From an uncultured Planctomycetota bacterium (GTDB taxonomy: Bacteria; Planctomycetota; Planctomycetia; Isosphaerales; Isosphaeraceae): a stretch of 64,000 bases of DNA. A program made the position numbers and the translations under genes. Below the pieces are notes generated by a model, which saw only the letters and a list, made by a program, of their open reading frames with translations, was not told the origin of the DNA and ran no database searches. Positions 1 to 11,611 of this stretch are shown here, one piece after another; positions within the stretch are counted from its first letter, which is position 1, and each line of letters opens with the position of its first letter. The stretch lies in the NCBI GenBank assembly GCA_963845755.1, contig CAWJTV010000041.1, forward strand, positions 672,001 to 736,000, in the 5' to 3' direction.

Positions 1-1255
1 GCCGATGCCCGCAAGAACGAGTTCCTGGCCATGCTGGGCCACGAGCTTCGTAATCCCCTGGCACCGATCCGCAACGCCGTGCGGATCATGAAACACCACG
101 GCATGGACAACCCCGACCTCAGTTGGGCGCCGCGACGTAGTCGACCACCAGTTGCACCAGCTCGGCCAGTTGGTCGACGACCTCCAGGAGATGTCCCGGG
201 TGGCCGGCGGCAAGATCCGGCTCAACCAGGAGCCGGTTGACGTGGCGTCCATCGTGATGCTCGCGGTCGAGACCAGCCGGCCGACCATCGACGTGCATCG
301 CCATCGCCTGTCGCTCGCCTTGCCTCCCGGCCCCGTTCTGGTCGACGCAGACCTGAACCGCATGGCGCAGGTCCTTTCCAACCTGCTGAACAATGCGGCC
401 AAGTACACCGAGGACGGCGGCCAGATCCGCCTGGGGGTCGCGGTCGACGGAGGCGATGTCGTCTTCCGCGTCCGCGATAACGGCGTGGGCATCCCGCCCG
501 AGATGCTGCCCCGGGTCTTCGATATGTTCGCCCAGGTCGGCCATTCGCTGGACCGCGCCCAGGGCGGGCTGGGTCTCGGCCTGAACCTGGTGCGGAGCCT
601 CACCGAGATGCATGGGGGCTCGGTACAGGCTCGGAGTGACGGAGCGGGTCGGGGGAGCGAGTTCCTCGTCCGGCTCCCCGTGCTGACCAGGGTTCAGATC
701 CAGGCCCGAGCCGATCTCGGCCCGCGGTCCGATCCACCCGGGCCGGTCCGCACCCGCCCGCGCACCCGTGCCCGACTGCACAACGCGATTCCGGACCGCG
801 CCCTCGATCTCGAAAATGGGGCGAGCGCGGACCTCCCTTCGCCCGCACCTTCGCGCCGCGTCCTCGTGGTTGACGACAATGCCACCGCCGCGCAGAGCAT
901 GGCCTTGATCCTCAAGCTCGAGGGATACGAGGTCCAGGTCGCATTCGACGGCGTCTCCGCGATCGATGCAGTCCGATCCTTTCATCCCGCCGCGGTCTTG
1001 ATGGACATTGGTCTGCCGGGCCTCGATGGACTCGAGGTGGCTCGACGGATCCGCCAGGACGACGAGCTGAGCTCCGGAATCGACCTCCTCGCCGCTCTCA
1101 CCGGCTTCGCCGAGGACGAAGCTCGCGACCGCTCCGAGCAGGCCGGTTTCGACCATCACCTCGTCAAGCCGGTCGACCCCGAAGCCATCCTGGCTCTGCT
1201 GGCTTCCCTCGAATGGACGCGGGCGGAACAGACCCAGACCGCCGCAGCACTCTAG
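1..1255 (+). CDS. Hybrid sensor histidine kinase/response regulator (5' truncated by the window; frameshift near 130)
   Basis: H-box [20 protein letters not shown]-box [16 protein letters not shown] and GGLGLGL G-boxes, C-terminal REC (VLVVDDN...[10 protein letters not shown]...KPV). Joins ORFs 31..240 and 152..1255. Confidence 0.92.
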
Positions 1256-1257
1256 CC

Positions 1258-1304
1258 GCAGGGTGGTTCGAACGAAACGGATCGCGTCGTTCGACCCACC
1301 CTAC
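1258..1304. repeat. GTAG-type REP-like inverted repeat between convergent genes
   Basis: Arms GCAGGGTGGTTCGAACGA (1258-1275) and TCGTTCGACCCACCCTAC (1287-1304), 2 mismatches. TCGACCCACCCTAC recurs at 56568-56581. Confidence 0.65.
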
Positions 1305-2657
1305 TCGGGATCGATGCCCGATGACCATTCGGCCCTCCGGCGCTCCATTCGCGCGACGATGTCGGGATGCTGGGCCGCGACGTTCGTCGTCTCCGACGGA
1401 TCGTCGCGGAGGTTGACGAGGAACTCGCCCTGGATCCGTTCGCCCGGTGCGCTTCGGGTCGTGTCGACCACGTCGTGGAGCAGCTTCCAGTTGCCCTCGC
1501 GCACGGCCCAGCTCGTATCGAACTGCCAGTGCAGGACGTCGTGAGGCGTCGGCGCCTCGGCCGAATGAATCACGCGGACCAGACTCTTGCCGTCGATCGG
1601 GAATGTCGGCGTCGCGACGCCGCACAGCTCGGCGATCGTCGGCAGCCAGTCGCAACCGTGGGCAACTTGATTGCGGACCTCATTCTGCGGCAGGTGCCCC
1701 GGCCAACTGACGATCGCCGGCACGCGGATGCCTCCTTCGAACAGGCTGTACTTGGCGCCACGATATCGGCCCGCGCTGCCGCCTCCGTAGTGGTGCGCGC
1801 TCCTCGGTCGAGTGGCCGTGGTCGGACTGGACGATCACGAGCGTGCTTTCGCGCAGGCCCAGTGCATCGACTTCGGCGATCAGCCGGCCGATCCGCTCGT
1901 CCATCGTCGAGAGGAACGCCGCGTACAGGTTGCGGGGGTATTTCAATTGGGCGTAATGCTCGAGCCACTTCGGGTCGCCCTGATAAGGATAATGCGGCTC
2001 GTTGATCGCGAAATAGAGGAAGAACGGGCGGTCCTTGTTCCGTCGCAAGAACGAGACGCCCTCTTCGACCATCAGGTCGCCGAAGAAGCGGCCGGGTGCC
2101 TGGACCTCGCGGCCGTCGCGGTTCAGGTCGTGTCGGTTGGGACCACTCCAGTAGTAAAAATGAGAATAATTGTCGATACAACCTCCCATGTGGCCGAACG
2201 AGCTGTCGAAGCCCTGTCCCAGAGGCATGGTCTCGGGCGAATAGCCGAGGTGCCACTTGCCGACGTGGCCGGTGGTGTAGCCCGCGGTCTTGAGCATCTC
2301 GGCGATCGTGATCTCCCGGCTCGGCATGCCGGGCTGGCCCGCCACCGGTGATGCGTTGGCCGGCATCCCCGCGCGCACGGGATGCCGCCCCGTGAGCAGG
2401 CCGGCCCGCGACGCCGAACAGATCGGCGCCGCGGCATAGAACTGAGTGAATCGCACGCCCCGACGTGCCAGGGCGTCGAGATGCGGCGTCGCCAGGTCCG
2501 TCGCCCCGGCGATGTGCAGGTCGACCGTCCCCTGGTCGTCCGTCACGATCACGATCACGTTGGGTCGAGCCAGGTCGGCGGCGGTCGCTTGCCATCCGAT
2601 GGCGACCGGACCACAAAGGCCGGCCAGGGTTAACAAGACTCGCAGGGCGTGAGACAT
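1301..2657 (-). CDS. Arylsulfatase-family sulfatase with signal peptide (frameshift near 1793)
   Basis: RPNVIVIVTDDQG, formylglycine motif CSASRAGLLTGR, GKWHLG, SDHG. GAKYSLFEGG and the C-terminal NLRDDPSETTN continue in the shifted frame. Confidence 0.93.
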
Positions 2658-2958
2658 TGCGGGGCCTCCTTCAACACGGGCGCAATGGGCGATCGAGCGT
2701 GCGGAGCTGTCTTTCGATATCACGATCCGCCCTCGTGAAGTCGTCGTCAAGACGAATGACAGACCGGGGGCGCGGATCTCCGCTCGCGTTGAACCTCGAT
2801 GCTCTCGATTGTGCGCTCGCATGTGGCACACAGTTGCCAAAGTCGCCCATACAATGTGAGATGGAGCCATCGGCCAGCCAGCGAGACCGAGAGGCTCCAG
2901 GGTCCAGTCCGACGGCTCCGGCGTGATCCGCAATGATGGGGCTGTCCTCGGGGGGAGA

Positions 2959-4179
2959 ATGCAGAACATCGTCATCGACAAACCCTATCATTTCGTCCCT
3001 CCCCATCGGGGTGGGTTCTGGCCGGCCGTGTTCCGCCCGGGGATCCGGCCGTATCTGTCCAAGGTCTGGGGAGTTACCGGAGTTGATTTCATCGGCGTCG
3101 AGCGCCTCCGCGCGGTGCTTCGCGAGCGAGCCAGCATCGTGATCGTTCCGAATCACTGCCGGCCGAACGATCCGATAGTTGTCACCCTGCTCGGGTTCGA
3201 GGCGGGCACTCCGAGCTACACCATGGCGAGCTGGCACCTCTTCATGGGCGATCGCCTCACGACCTGGATTCTCCGACGGATCGGGGGGTTCAGCGTCTAC
3301 CGCGAGGGCCTCGACCGCACGGCGCTCAAGGCGGCGATCGAGCTGCTGGTCGAGGCCAGACGGCCGCTGGTGATCTTCGCCGAAGGGCTCGTCACGCGGG
3401 CGAACGACCGGCTCGCGGCATTCCAGGAGGGCCCTGCCTTCATTGCTCGCTCGGCTGCGAAACAACGGGCGAAGACCGAGCCGGGAGCCCGCACCGTACT
3501 CGTCCCGGTCGCGCTCCGCTACCGCTTCCTCGGCCGGCTCGAGGAGAGCGCGAACCCGGTCATCGATCGCATCGAGGGCCGCCTGACCTGGGAGCCCCGG
3601 CGCGAGCTCCCGCTCATCGAGCGGCTCCAGCGCGTCGGCAATGCCATCCTCGGCCTCAAGGAACTCGAGCTCGTCGGGGAAGTCCGTCCCGGTGCGCTGA
3701 ACGATCGGTTGTCACGGCTCATCGATGACATCCTCATGCCGCTCGAAGCCGAATGGAAGATCAAGCGGCGGGAGACCGATGTGCCCGGACGCGTGCGCAG
3801 TCTCCGGGCCGCGATCCTTCCGGACATGGTCGAGGGCGGCATCACCGAGGCCGAGCGCGAACGGCGCTGGAGACAGCTCGCGCGGCTGTATCTGGCACAG
3901 CAGCTCTCGCTCTATCCGGCCGGCTACCTCGAAGGCAGCCCGAGCGTCGAGCGAGTGCTCGAGACCGTCGAGCGGCTGGAAGAGGACCTGACCGACGTTG
4001 CCACGGTACATCGTCCGCTGACCGTCACGGTCCACGTCGGGGAGCCGATCGACGTGACGGCCGGCGATCGGGCACCGGCTGCGTTGATGAAAGAAGTTCG
4101 GGCCCAGATCGAGACCATGCTCGGCATCGAGAACGAGACACCAACCGGGCCGTCGCGGCCCGAGCCGGAGGGACCATGA
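2959..4179 (+). CDS. PlsC-like lysophospholipid acyltransferase with C-terminal extension
   Basis: NHCRPND (HxxxxD), IGGFSVYR, IFAEG blocks. GGAG RBS before ATG 2959. Confidence 0.85.
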   Translation: MQNIVIDKPYHFVPPHRGGFWPAVFRPGIRPYLSKVWGVTGVDFIGVERLRAVLRERASIVIVPNHCRPNDPIVVTLLGFEAGTPSYTMASWHLFMGDRLTTWILRRIGGFSVYREGLDRTALKAAIELLVEARRPLVIFAEGLVTRANDRLAAFQEGPAFIARSAAKQRAKTEPGARTVLVPVALRYRFLGRLEESANPVIDRIEGRLTWEPRRELPLIERLQRVGNAILGLKELELVGEVRPGALNDRLSRLIDDILMPLEAEWKIKRRETDVPGRVRSLRAAILPDMVEGGITEAERERRWRQLARLYLAQQLSLYPAGYLEGSPSVERVLETVERLEEDLTDVATVHRPLTVTVHVGEPIDVTAGDRAPAALMKEVRAQIETMLGIENETPTGPSRPEPEGP

Positions 4180-4885
4180 GCGCCAATCCACCTCTCGAGT
4201 CGAGGGGACATCGCAGAGTGCGCGCGATCGCGCTCCGTATCGCGGCCATCGTGGTGGCCCTCGGCCTGTGGTTCTGGACCCAGTCGCTCATCGGCGCGCG
4301 GGGCTTCCCCGAAGGTGGCCTGGGCGATGGCCTGCACCAACTCACCGCAGGCGTCCATCACTGGCTCCAGGAGGTCCCCGCGCGCGCAATGCGCTCCTCG
4401 TGCTCAGCTCCCTGGTCATCGACCTGGTCGGGATCTTCCTGTTGACCCGAAGCATCTTCGGCCCGACGATTCGCCCGTTCCTCGGCTTGCTCATCGTCTT
4501 CGCACTCCGGCAAACGATGCAGGGACTCACCGCGCTGCCACCGCCCGAGGGAATGATCTGGAACTATCCCGGCGTGCCGTCTTTGCTGGTGACCTATGGC
4601 ACCGCCACCGACCTCTTCTTTTCCGGTCACACGGCGATTGCGGTCTGGGGCGGCCTCGAGATCGCCCGGCTGCGTTTTCGGGGTGCCGCGGCACTCGGCC
4701 TGCTGGTGGCGCTTTTCGAGGCGACCACGGTGATCATCCTCCGCGCGCACTACACGATGGACGTCTTCACCGGAATCGTGGTGGCGCTGCTGGTGAACGC
4801 CTACGCCGATCGTTGGGCGCGACCGATCGATCAGTGGTTCGATCGCCTCATTTCGCCCTCGGCGACAGGCAGCGCGACGAAATGA
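4176..4885 (+). CDS. Sphingomyelin-synthase-like/PAP2 membrane phosphotransferase (frameshift near 4388)
   Basis: ATGA overlap with the acyltransferase. Several TM segments, motifs DLFFSGHT and RAHYTMDV. Confidence 0.8.
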
Positions 4886-7333
4886 GGCACACCCACCTCC
4901 TTGCGAAACGGCGGCGGCTGCGTGGCGTCGTCGCTATTGCCCTGGACCTCCCGATAGCCCTTCGCGAGCGAGGTGTCGATCAGGTTGCTCGCGAAGTCGA
5001 GGAGCCCGATGTGCGGCGGCCGAGGTGCGAGGCTGAAGAGCATGGCTTGCTCCCGGGTGCGGACGTCGGTGAGTTGCGCCTGTTCGTAGAGGTGGGTGAG
5101 TGCCGCGGCGATGTTCTCGCCGAAGCTGCCGCGCGGTACCAGTTCATCCGGATCGGCCTGGATCAGGATGATGTGAGTCGCCCCCCAGAGGACCGCCGCT
5201 TCGATAGGGCTCCTGTGTGCGAAGCTGCCGTCGACGACCTCGGTGTTGCGTCCGGCGCTGGGGAAGTCGCGGAGGACCCGGGCCGGGAATACCGGGTAGA
5301 TTGAACCGGAGGCCATCAGCGCGTCGAGGAGGAGTTCCGGCCGGCCCGCCACCGCGACCCCGCGGGTGCTGAAATGAGGCGGCTCGCTCGTCCGTCCGGC
5401 CGACGCCCAGAAATACAGGTCCGACGGTAACTCCAGTCCCGGCTCGCCGAGTACCGAACCGGTCAGCACCAGGTCGCGCGTGAGGAGGCCGTCACCGATA
5501 ATCTGGCGACTCACCATCTGGAACGCCTCCGCCCGCTTCGTCGCGTCGCCGGCGAAGGGGACAGGCACCTCCGGCCGTCCTTCCGCCGCGCCGCTTCGCG
5601 GCCACTAGCTGGGAGAAGCGATCGAACAGAGTATCCTCGATTCCATAGCCCTCGGAGAGGGTCAACTCGTAGGCGAGGATGGTCCAGGCCTGGAGCACCG
5701 GGAGCACGACGATTCCCGCCATCGACGCGGCCCGCACCAGCCGGCGAAATCGCACCAGCACAGGCCGGCCCTCGGCACCTGAGGCCCGTAGAGCGAGTCC
5801 CGCCGCGCCGGTCGCCAGCAGGATCCAGCCCGCCGCCCTCTCCGCCGAAGGTCAGCCAGAGGTAGAGCCGATGGAGATCGGGTCGCGGACCCAGCGCTCG
5901 CCACGGGTCCCATGGCAGATGTGCGAGCAGCACCTCCGCCGCACCGGCGATGAGGCAGAGGATCCAGCGGCCGAGGTGGGTCCGTTCGTGCCCGGCCGAT
6001 TGGCGGCGGTGGCAGATCCAGGAGAAAACCAGGAACTGGAGCGACGCGAACCACATCGCCAGGTTCAACCGCACGGGGAGCGCCGGACGGATGATGTCGC
6101 GCTGGTCGAGGGAGCGCCAGGCTGTCGCCATCTCCTGGTAAAGCTCCGGCGAGCCCGACATCCCCATCGCGACCGGCAGGGCATTGATCGCGCCCCCCGA
6201 CGTGCCGACGACCAGCGAGATGTCGATCGAACTCTCGCCGGTCTGTTGCCGCAGCCGGGCGAGCTTCTCCTCGATCGCGCGGATCGCTCCGACCTGGTAC
6301 GAGCACTTCGCGCCGCCGCCGGAGAAGACCACGGCGAGTCGCAACGGCGCCGACTGCGATCGGGCGTAGTGGACCAGGAGGTCGCCCAGCTCTTCGAGAT
6401 CCAGCCGCATGAGCCGGTCCGGCGGTGGAGCCCCTGTCGTGGCGAGCCAGGCCCGCACCGTCGTGTCCCCGTCGCGCAGGAGGGGTCGGCAACGAACGAA
6501 GCCCCGGCCCCGGCTGGAACGGCGGCGCGGGCAGCAGCGTTCACCGCGTTCCTGAGTCGGTCGAGCTGCGGGATATCCGCGCGGGCGATCAGGGCGTCTC
6601 GCGGGATTCGCAGACCGGCGAGCGTCGGCAGGTCGACCTTTCGGAGACCTGCCATGCTGAGGTCGTCGAGAATCCCATTCCAGACGAATGCGACCGCGTC
6701 GTTCGCGTCGTCCCGACGGAGCGCACGAACGGAGTTGGTATGAGAATGGGTGTATCGGGTGCGACTCTCCGGGACGGGAATGCCGGCGGCAGCCAGAGCG
6801 ACCCGCGGCGCCAGCGCGCCGGATACGGAGAGCGGATCGACGAAGAGGAGCCGGCCCTCGCCGCGGACCAGCAGGCTCCGCAGGTCCTCGGCCGTGCGTA
6901 CCGGGGACTGCTCGCGGACGACCGCGACGCTCAAAGACGGCGACGGGTCCGGAGGCTCCTTCACCGAGGCCAGGTACTCCCAGCGGACGCCGCCACCGAC
7001 CTCGAGGGCCTTGCCCAGCAGGGCGGGGCTCACGATCGCCAGGTCAACCGCGCCCGTCTCGAGCCAGTGCCAGAGATCGGCGTATGTGCCACGGGCGACC
7101 GTGAACGGCTGCGAGATCCCCGCGTCCGCACGCAATCCGATCAATGCCCGCTCCACCGACCTCAGCCCCTCTTCTGCGTCCTGATATGCCAGGATCGCAA
7201 TCCTCAGATGGTCCGCCGGCCGTGCCTCGTCCGCCGCGACTCGGCCAGCGAGGGCGGCGAGCAAGATCCCGAGCGCCAGGGCTCCCGGCTTTCTCCCAAA
7301 GTCCAGGGGAGGGGTCGATTCGGAGATCGTCAT
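4831..7333 (-). CDS. PhnD/SsuA-type substrate-binding domain fused to a membrane-interrupted patatin-like phospholipase (3 frameshifts near 6465, 5833, 5588)
   Basis: N-terminal hydrophobic leader. FVDPLSVSGALAP and HSHTNSV binding-protein motifs. Patatin SGGGAK, GTSGG, then TM helices, ASGSIYPVFP and DGS in successive frames. Confidence 0.75.
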
Positions 7334-7491
7334 GGGTGATCAGGATCTCGGAAATGTGTAACGAGTGGCGATGTCCCGATGCGATCTGTTCGGCGCAATC
7401 GAAGAAGACTTCCGGATTCGAGATTCCAGAATCAAAATTCAAGTAAGATTAATGATCCCAAATCTGGAAACTGCACTCTCGAATCGCAAGG

Positions 7492-8836
7492 CTACTGGCT
7501 CTTCCTGCCGAAATGATGATCGGCGAAATTCATGTAGGCTTCCCAGTCATCGGAGGTGACGTCATGTTTACCCGGCCGTATGCGGTAGCCGATCGTGCTT
7601 TTGACCAGACTGTTGACGGTGGGCTTGGGCATCTCGGTGGCGGCCAGTCCGTCGGTTCCCAGCAGTCGGTAGACGGGATCGGCGGCTTTCGCCGACAGGA
7701 ACTCGCCCTTCGGGTCGGCCCAGAGGTCTTCCTCGGCCGAGCAGACCAGCACGGGCCTCGGGGCAATCAGGGCGATCAGCTCGTGCTGGTCGACGGGCAG
7801 GCGATCCTCATGACTGCTGAACTTGTGGAAGTTGGAGCAGAACCAATGAGGGAATGACGTATTCAGGTGCGCGACGGTCTCGCCGAAGATGCGGCGCGAG
7901 AGCGCCGCACCGCCGGCGCCCGAATTGTTCGAGATCACGATGGCGAACCGTGGGTCCTGCGCCCGGCCCAGAGCGCCGTCTTGCCGAGGCGCGAATGGCC
8001 CATAAGGACGACTCTCTTGGCGTCGATCTCGGGCAGGGTTTCGAGGTAGTCGAGCGCCCGGCTGAGGCCCCACGCCCAGGCCCCGATCGAGCCCCACTCG
8101 CCGGCCTTGGGCCGTTGCTGGCCCTGGCGGTAGAAGATCGGATGGACTCCGTTCTGGAACCCGTCATCGTAGTCGGGGTCGATGTCGCCGTAATACGCTG
8201 TCGCCAGGGCGTAGCCGCCATCGATGATCCGCTCGACCGGCCAGTTCGACGCCTCGGAGCCACGGGTTGCTTCGGTCGCCCGATGGTCCGTGATGCCCTT
8301 CTGCGGGTTGTTCCGCATCCACTGCTTCGACAACGTGATTCCCGGATCGGGCTGGACCGCGTGGTTGCCGCTGAAGTTCAGGCCCACGAAGGCCGGCGCT
8401 CGGTGCTCGGGACCCGCCGTCTTCGGGAGGTAGATCAGGAGGTCCATCCGGGGACCGTCCGGCTGGTCCGTGAACGCGATCGTTACCTCGCGGCGGATGG
8501 CCTTGCCGCCCAGTGCCGCTTTGTCCTCGGAACGGACCCGGTACGTCGGCTGGATCGGCCTGGACGGTTCCGGCACGGCGCCGTAAACCTCGGTCGTGAA
8601 GAGCCGCAGCAGCTCGGGCCGGCGCTCGTCGAGCCACATATCACGGCTTGTAACCAACCGTCCATCCGCCATGACGAGCGGGGCGGGCAGCCTGTACGTC
8701 CCGGCCTTGCCCTCGTCATAGTTGACGTCCGGCCGCTGGGCGACCGCGATCGGTCCGAGAAAGGTCAGCAAGGTCAAGGGCGCAAGAATGCGAGAGCGGA
8801 GGCCGCCGGACCTCGGTCACGCTGAGTGCGGATCAT
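7492..8836 (-). CDS. CE15-type (glucuronoyl/acetylxylan) esterase (frameshifts near 8780 and 7962)
   Basis: [13 protein letters not shown], nucleophile elbow [43 protein letters not shown]. Signal peptide from ATG 8836 with GGAG RBS. Confidence 0.88.
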
Positions 8837-8842
8837 GGCGAT

Positions 8843-10444
8843 TCAGTCTCCAGGTTTGGGGGATGCTGCATCGACGGTCGCCGCCGCAATGCGGCGGGCC
8901 ATCTGCCTCATCATCTCGCGCTGGGAAATGCCCATCCAGCAGTGGCCTTCTCCTCGGCCGTAGTGGATCGACCCTTCGTAAGCGGGCCGGGCGCACGACA
9001 GGAAGTTGTCCAGGCGGTGCACGGCGTTGTTGAGGAAGTAATCGTCGGCTTCGCCGACCCAGATGTGCAGTTTCCCCTTCAACTTGGGGCCAAGCTCGGC
9101 CCATCGCTCCTCCAGGATTCGTCGGAGATCATAAGCCTTCCAGTGTTCGGCGACCGTGTGGTCGATCCGACCGGTAGCGGGGTTCCAGAGAGGAACCGGT
9201 CGGCCGTCGGCCCCGCGCGGCCCGTAGGTCGCGTTCCAGGCACCCCACTGGCCGCCGGAAAGCGCCCACGAATCGCCCAGGCCCAGGACGTTTTCGATGC
9301 GGCACTCATGCCGCATCGTGAACCGAACTTCACCCGAGACATCGCGCACCGCCGGCCGCTCGAAGCCGTGCCGGTTGATGTAAGCGTTGTCGTCCCCGTA
9401 GATGTCGATCAGCTCGAAGCTGCGGAAATCCACGCTGTCGGGGCAAAAGGCCCAGGCGCCGTTGAAAAACGCGGGGTAGAAGACCTGCAAGGCCAGGGCG
9501 ACCCAGCCGCCGGTCGAGCCGCCGTCGAGCACGCGGGCTTCGCCCCGGCCGACGCCGCGGAACCGCGCCTCGACGTACGGGATCAGCTCGCCGGTGAGAG
9601 CCGCTCCATACGGCCCGTGGTTGGCCGAATCGACCTGGTAGGGATCGCCGAGCGGTCCGGCCCCGTCGAGGTGGACGAGGATCATCCGTGGAACGTCGTC
9701 GGCCATCCAGGCGCGGCGAAACCCCGAGCCGTCGGCCATCATGGCGTCAACGTCCGTGTACCGCGCGCCGTAACCGCCGATGTGGACGCGCAACGGATAT
9801 CGGCGACCGGGCTCATCGGCGAAGCCCCGTGGGAGGATCACACCGGCGCGCAGATCGATCGGCCGGCCGTGGAACGCGCTCAGGAGTCGCGAGCGGATCT
9901 TGACGTGCTTGACCAGGTCCGAATCAGGCGGGAGCGTCTCCGCGGGCACGGTTTGCGACAGTTCCAGTTCGACCGAGGCTCCGGACGCCGGGTCGAGTTG
10001 TACGGTACGCACCGGGCTGTACAGGTCCCCGGGTGCATTGGGGGTGTTGAGGTCGAGATTCGTGTGCAGCAGGGCCTGGACCTCATACATACCCGGACGG
10101 AGCTGGCCCAGCTCGTCCAGCGGGAAGATTGCCGAGTGAGCGTCCAGGAGCGCCGTTGCCCCTAGTTTCAGCCCGCCGACGTCGCAGCCGAGCACCGTGG
10201 GCGCGCCTCGTTCGGTTTCCCCGACGGCAAGCCTTGGCTCTGGCGAGCGCGTACCCTGCGGTGCCATCGCCACGAGCAAGCGGCTCGTGCGCGGCCAGTC
10301 CCGCAGTGACGTACCACCGGATCCGCCGCCGAGTCGCACCGCGAATCGCAGCGCGGCGGCCCGAGGCTGCGCCGGCTGGTCGGCGTTCGGAACCATCGGC
10401 AAGGAGCACCAGGCCAGAATGAGGACGCAGGCGGCAGGCCGCAT
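8843..10444 (-). CDS. Secreted alpha/beta-hydrolase (enterochelin esterase-like)
   Basis: Signal peptide, DSANHGPY, ELIPYVE, GGSTGGW nucleophile motif, GEGHCW. Confidence 0.8.
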   Translation of the reverse strand: MRPAACVLILAWCSLPMVPNADQPAQPRAAALRFAVRLGGGSGGTSLRDWPRTSRLLVAMAPQGTRSPEPRLAVGETERGAPTVLGCDVGGLKLGATALLDAHSAIFPLDELGQLRPGMYEVQALLHTNLDLNTPNAPGDLYSPVRTVQLDPASGASVELELSQTVPAETLPPDSDLVKHVKIRSRLLSAFHGRPIDLRAGVILPRGFADEPGRRYPLRVHIGGYGARYTDVDAMMADGSGFRRAWMADDVPRMILVHLDGAGPLGDPYQVDSANHGPYGAALTGELIPYVEARFRGVGRGEARVLDGGSTGGWVALALQVFYPAFFNGAWAFCPDSVDFRSFELIDIYGDDNAYINRHGFERPAVRDVSGEVRFTMRHECRIENVLGLGDSWALSGGQWGAWNATYGPRGADGRPVPLWNPATGRIDHTVAEHWKAYDLRRILEERWAELGPKLKGKLHIWVGEADDYFLNNAVHRLDNFLSCARPAYEGSIHYGRGEGHCWMGISQREMMRQMARRIAAATVDAASPKPGD

Positions 10445-10455
10445 CTTTACGAGTA

Positions 10456-10587
10456 GTCAGTGGTCAGTGGTCAGGGTTCAGACGGAAACCGCTACTGTTG
10501 TAAAGGACGGATGGGAGGTTCGCAAGAGAGTGAAACCTGAATCAATCCTCGGGCCGGAGAATTACTGACCACTGCCCACTGACCACT
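10456..10587. repeat. Inverted heptamer tandem repeats (GTCAGTG)n / (CACTGAC)n
   Basis: GTCAGTG x~3 at 10456-10475 and degenerate complementary units at 10565-10587. Confidence 0.7.
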
Positions 10588-11544
10588 GTGGGCGAAGTGA
10601 GTGCACCGATTGCGGCCGGTTTGTTTCGACTGATAGAGGGCGCGGTCCGCTTGGTCGACCAGGATCGCGGCGGTGGGGGTGTCGCGATCGGAGGTGGCGA
10701 CGCCCAGGCTGGCAGTGACCTTGCAGGAGTGGGGCCAAGGCCCTGCCGAGATGGCCGTTCGCACCCGCTCGGCCACGCCGAGGGCTTCCTCGGCGCCGGT
10801 AGCGGGCAGCAGCACGACGAATTCCTCGCCCCCGTAGCGGGCCACGACATCGTGGCCCCGGAGGATCGTACGTAACCTCGAGCCGACTTCGTGGAGGACC
10901 CGATCTCCGGCCAGATGGCCGAACTGATCGTTGTATTGCTTGAAGTGATCGATGTCGAGCATGATCAGCGAGAGGGGGGACGCCTGGCGGTCGGCCTGGG
11001 CGAAGAGCAGGTCCAGATCCTCACGGAACCGGCGACGGTTCTTCACGCCGGTCAACTCGTCGGTCGTGGCCAGCTCGGCCAGGCGTGCGTTCTGCCGGGC
11101 CAATTGATCGTGCACCGCAATGATCCGCTCGGCGATCTCGAGGCGGACGGCCAGCTCGTCGGGATCGGGAGGCTTGGTCAGGAAATCATCGGCGCCCGCC
11201 CGGAGACCCTTGAGCCGGTCCTCGCGCCGATCGAGCGAGGTGAGCAGGATGATGTAGATGTAGCGGTCGCTTCCGGTGGATCGGAGCCGCCGGCACAGCT
11301 CGAGGCCATCGAGCCGGGGCATCATCCAATCGGAGATCAACAGCGGGGCCTCGCCGCGAAGGATCATCTGCCAGGCCGCCTCGCCATCCTGTGCGACGAT
11401 GGGCTCGTGCCCCATCCGCTCGAGTGTGCGCCGGAGAAACAGGGCCGCCATCGGCTGGTCTTCGGCGATGAGAATCTTCAACGATCCTGCCTCCGGTATT
11501 GCTCCTCCGGACCCAGGCTCCTTCGGAGATTCAGAAACCCGCAT
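10492..11544 (-). CDS. Response-regulator diguanylate cyclase (REC-GGDEF)
   Basis: ILIAED, DWMMP, GADDFLTKP, DELTGVKNRR, DIDHFK, RGHD I-site (RxxD), ARYGGEEF. Confidence 0.95.
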   Translation of the reverse strand: MRVSESPKEPGSGGAIPEAGSLKILIAEDQPMAALFLRRTLERMGHEPIVAQDGEAAWQMILRGEAPLLISDWMMPRLDGLELCRRLRSTGSDRYIYIILLTSLDRREDRLKGLRAGADDFLTKPPDPDELAVRLEIAERIIAVHDQLARQNARLAELATTDELTGVKNRRRFREDLDLLFAQADRQASPLSLIMLDIDHFKQYNDQFGHLAGDRVLHEVGSRLRTILRGHDVVARYGGEEFVVLLPATGAEEALGVAERVRTAISAGPWPHSCKVTASLGVATSDRDTPTAAILVDQADRALYQSKQTGRNRCTHFAHSGQWAVVSNSPARGLIQVSLSCEPPIRPLQQ

Positions 11545-11611
11545 TCAAGATTCAAAATTTTACATTACATAATACTTATTAATATGGTATTAAGAATCAG
11601 GGATCGGGCCA

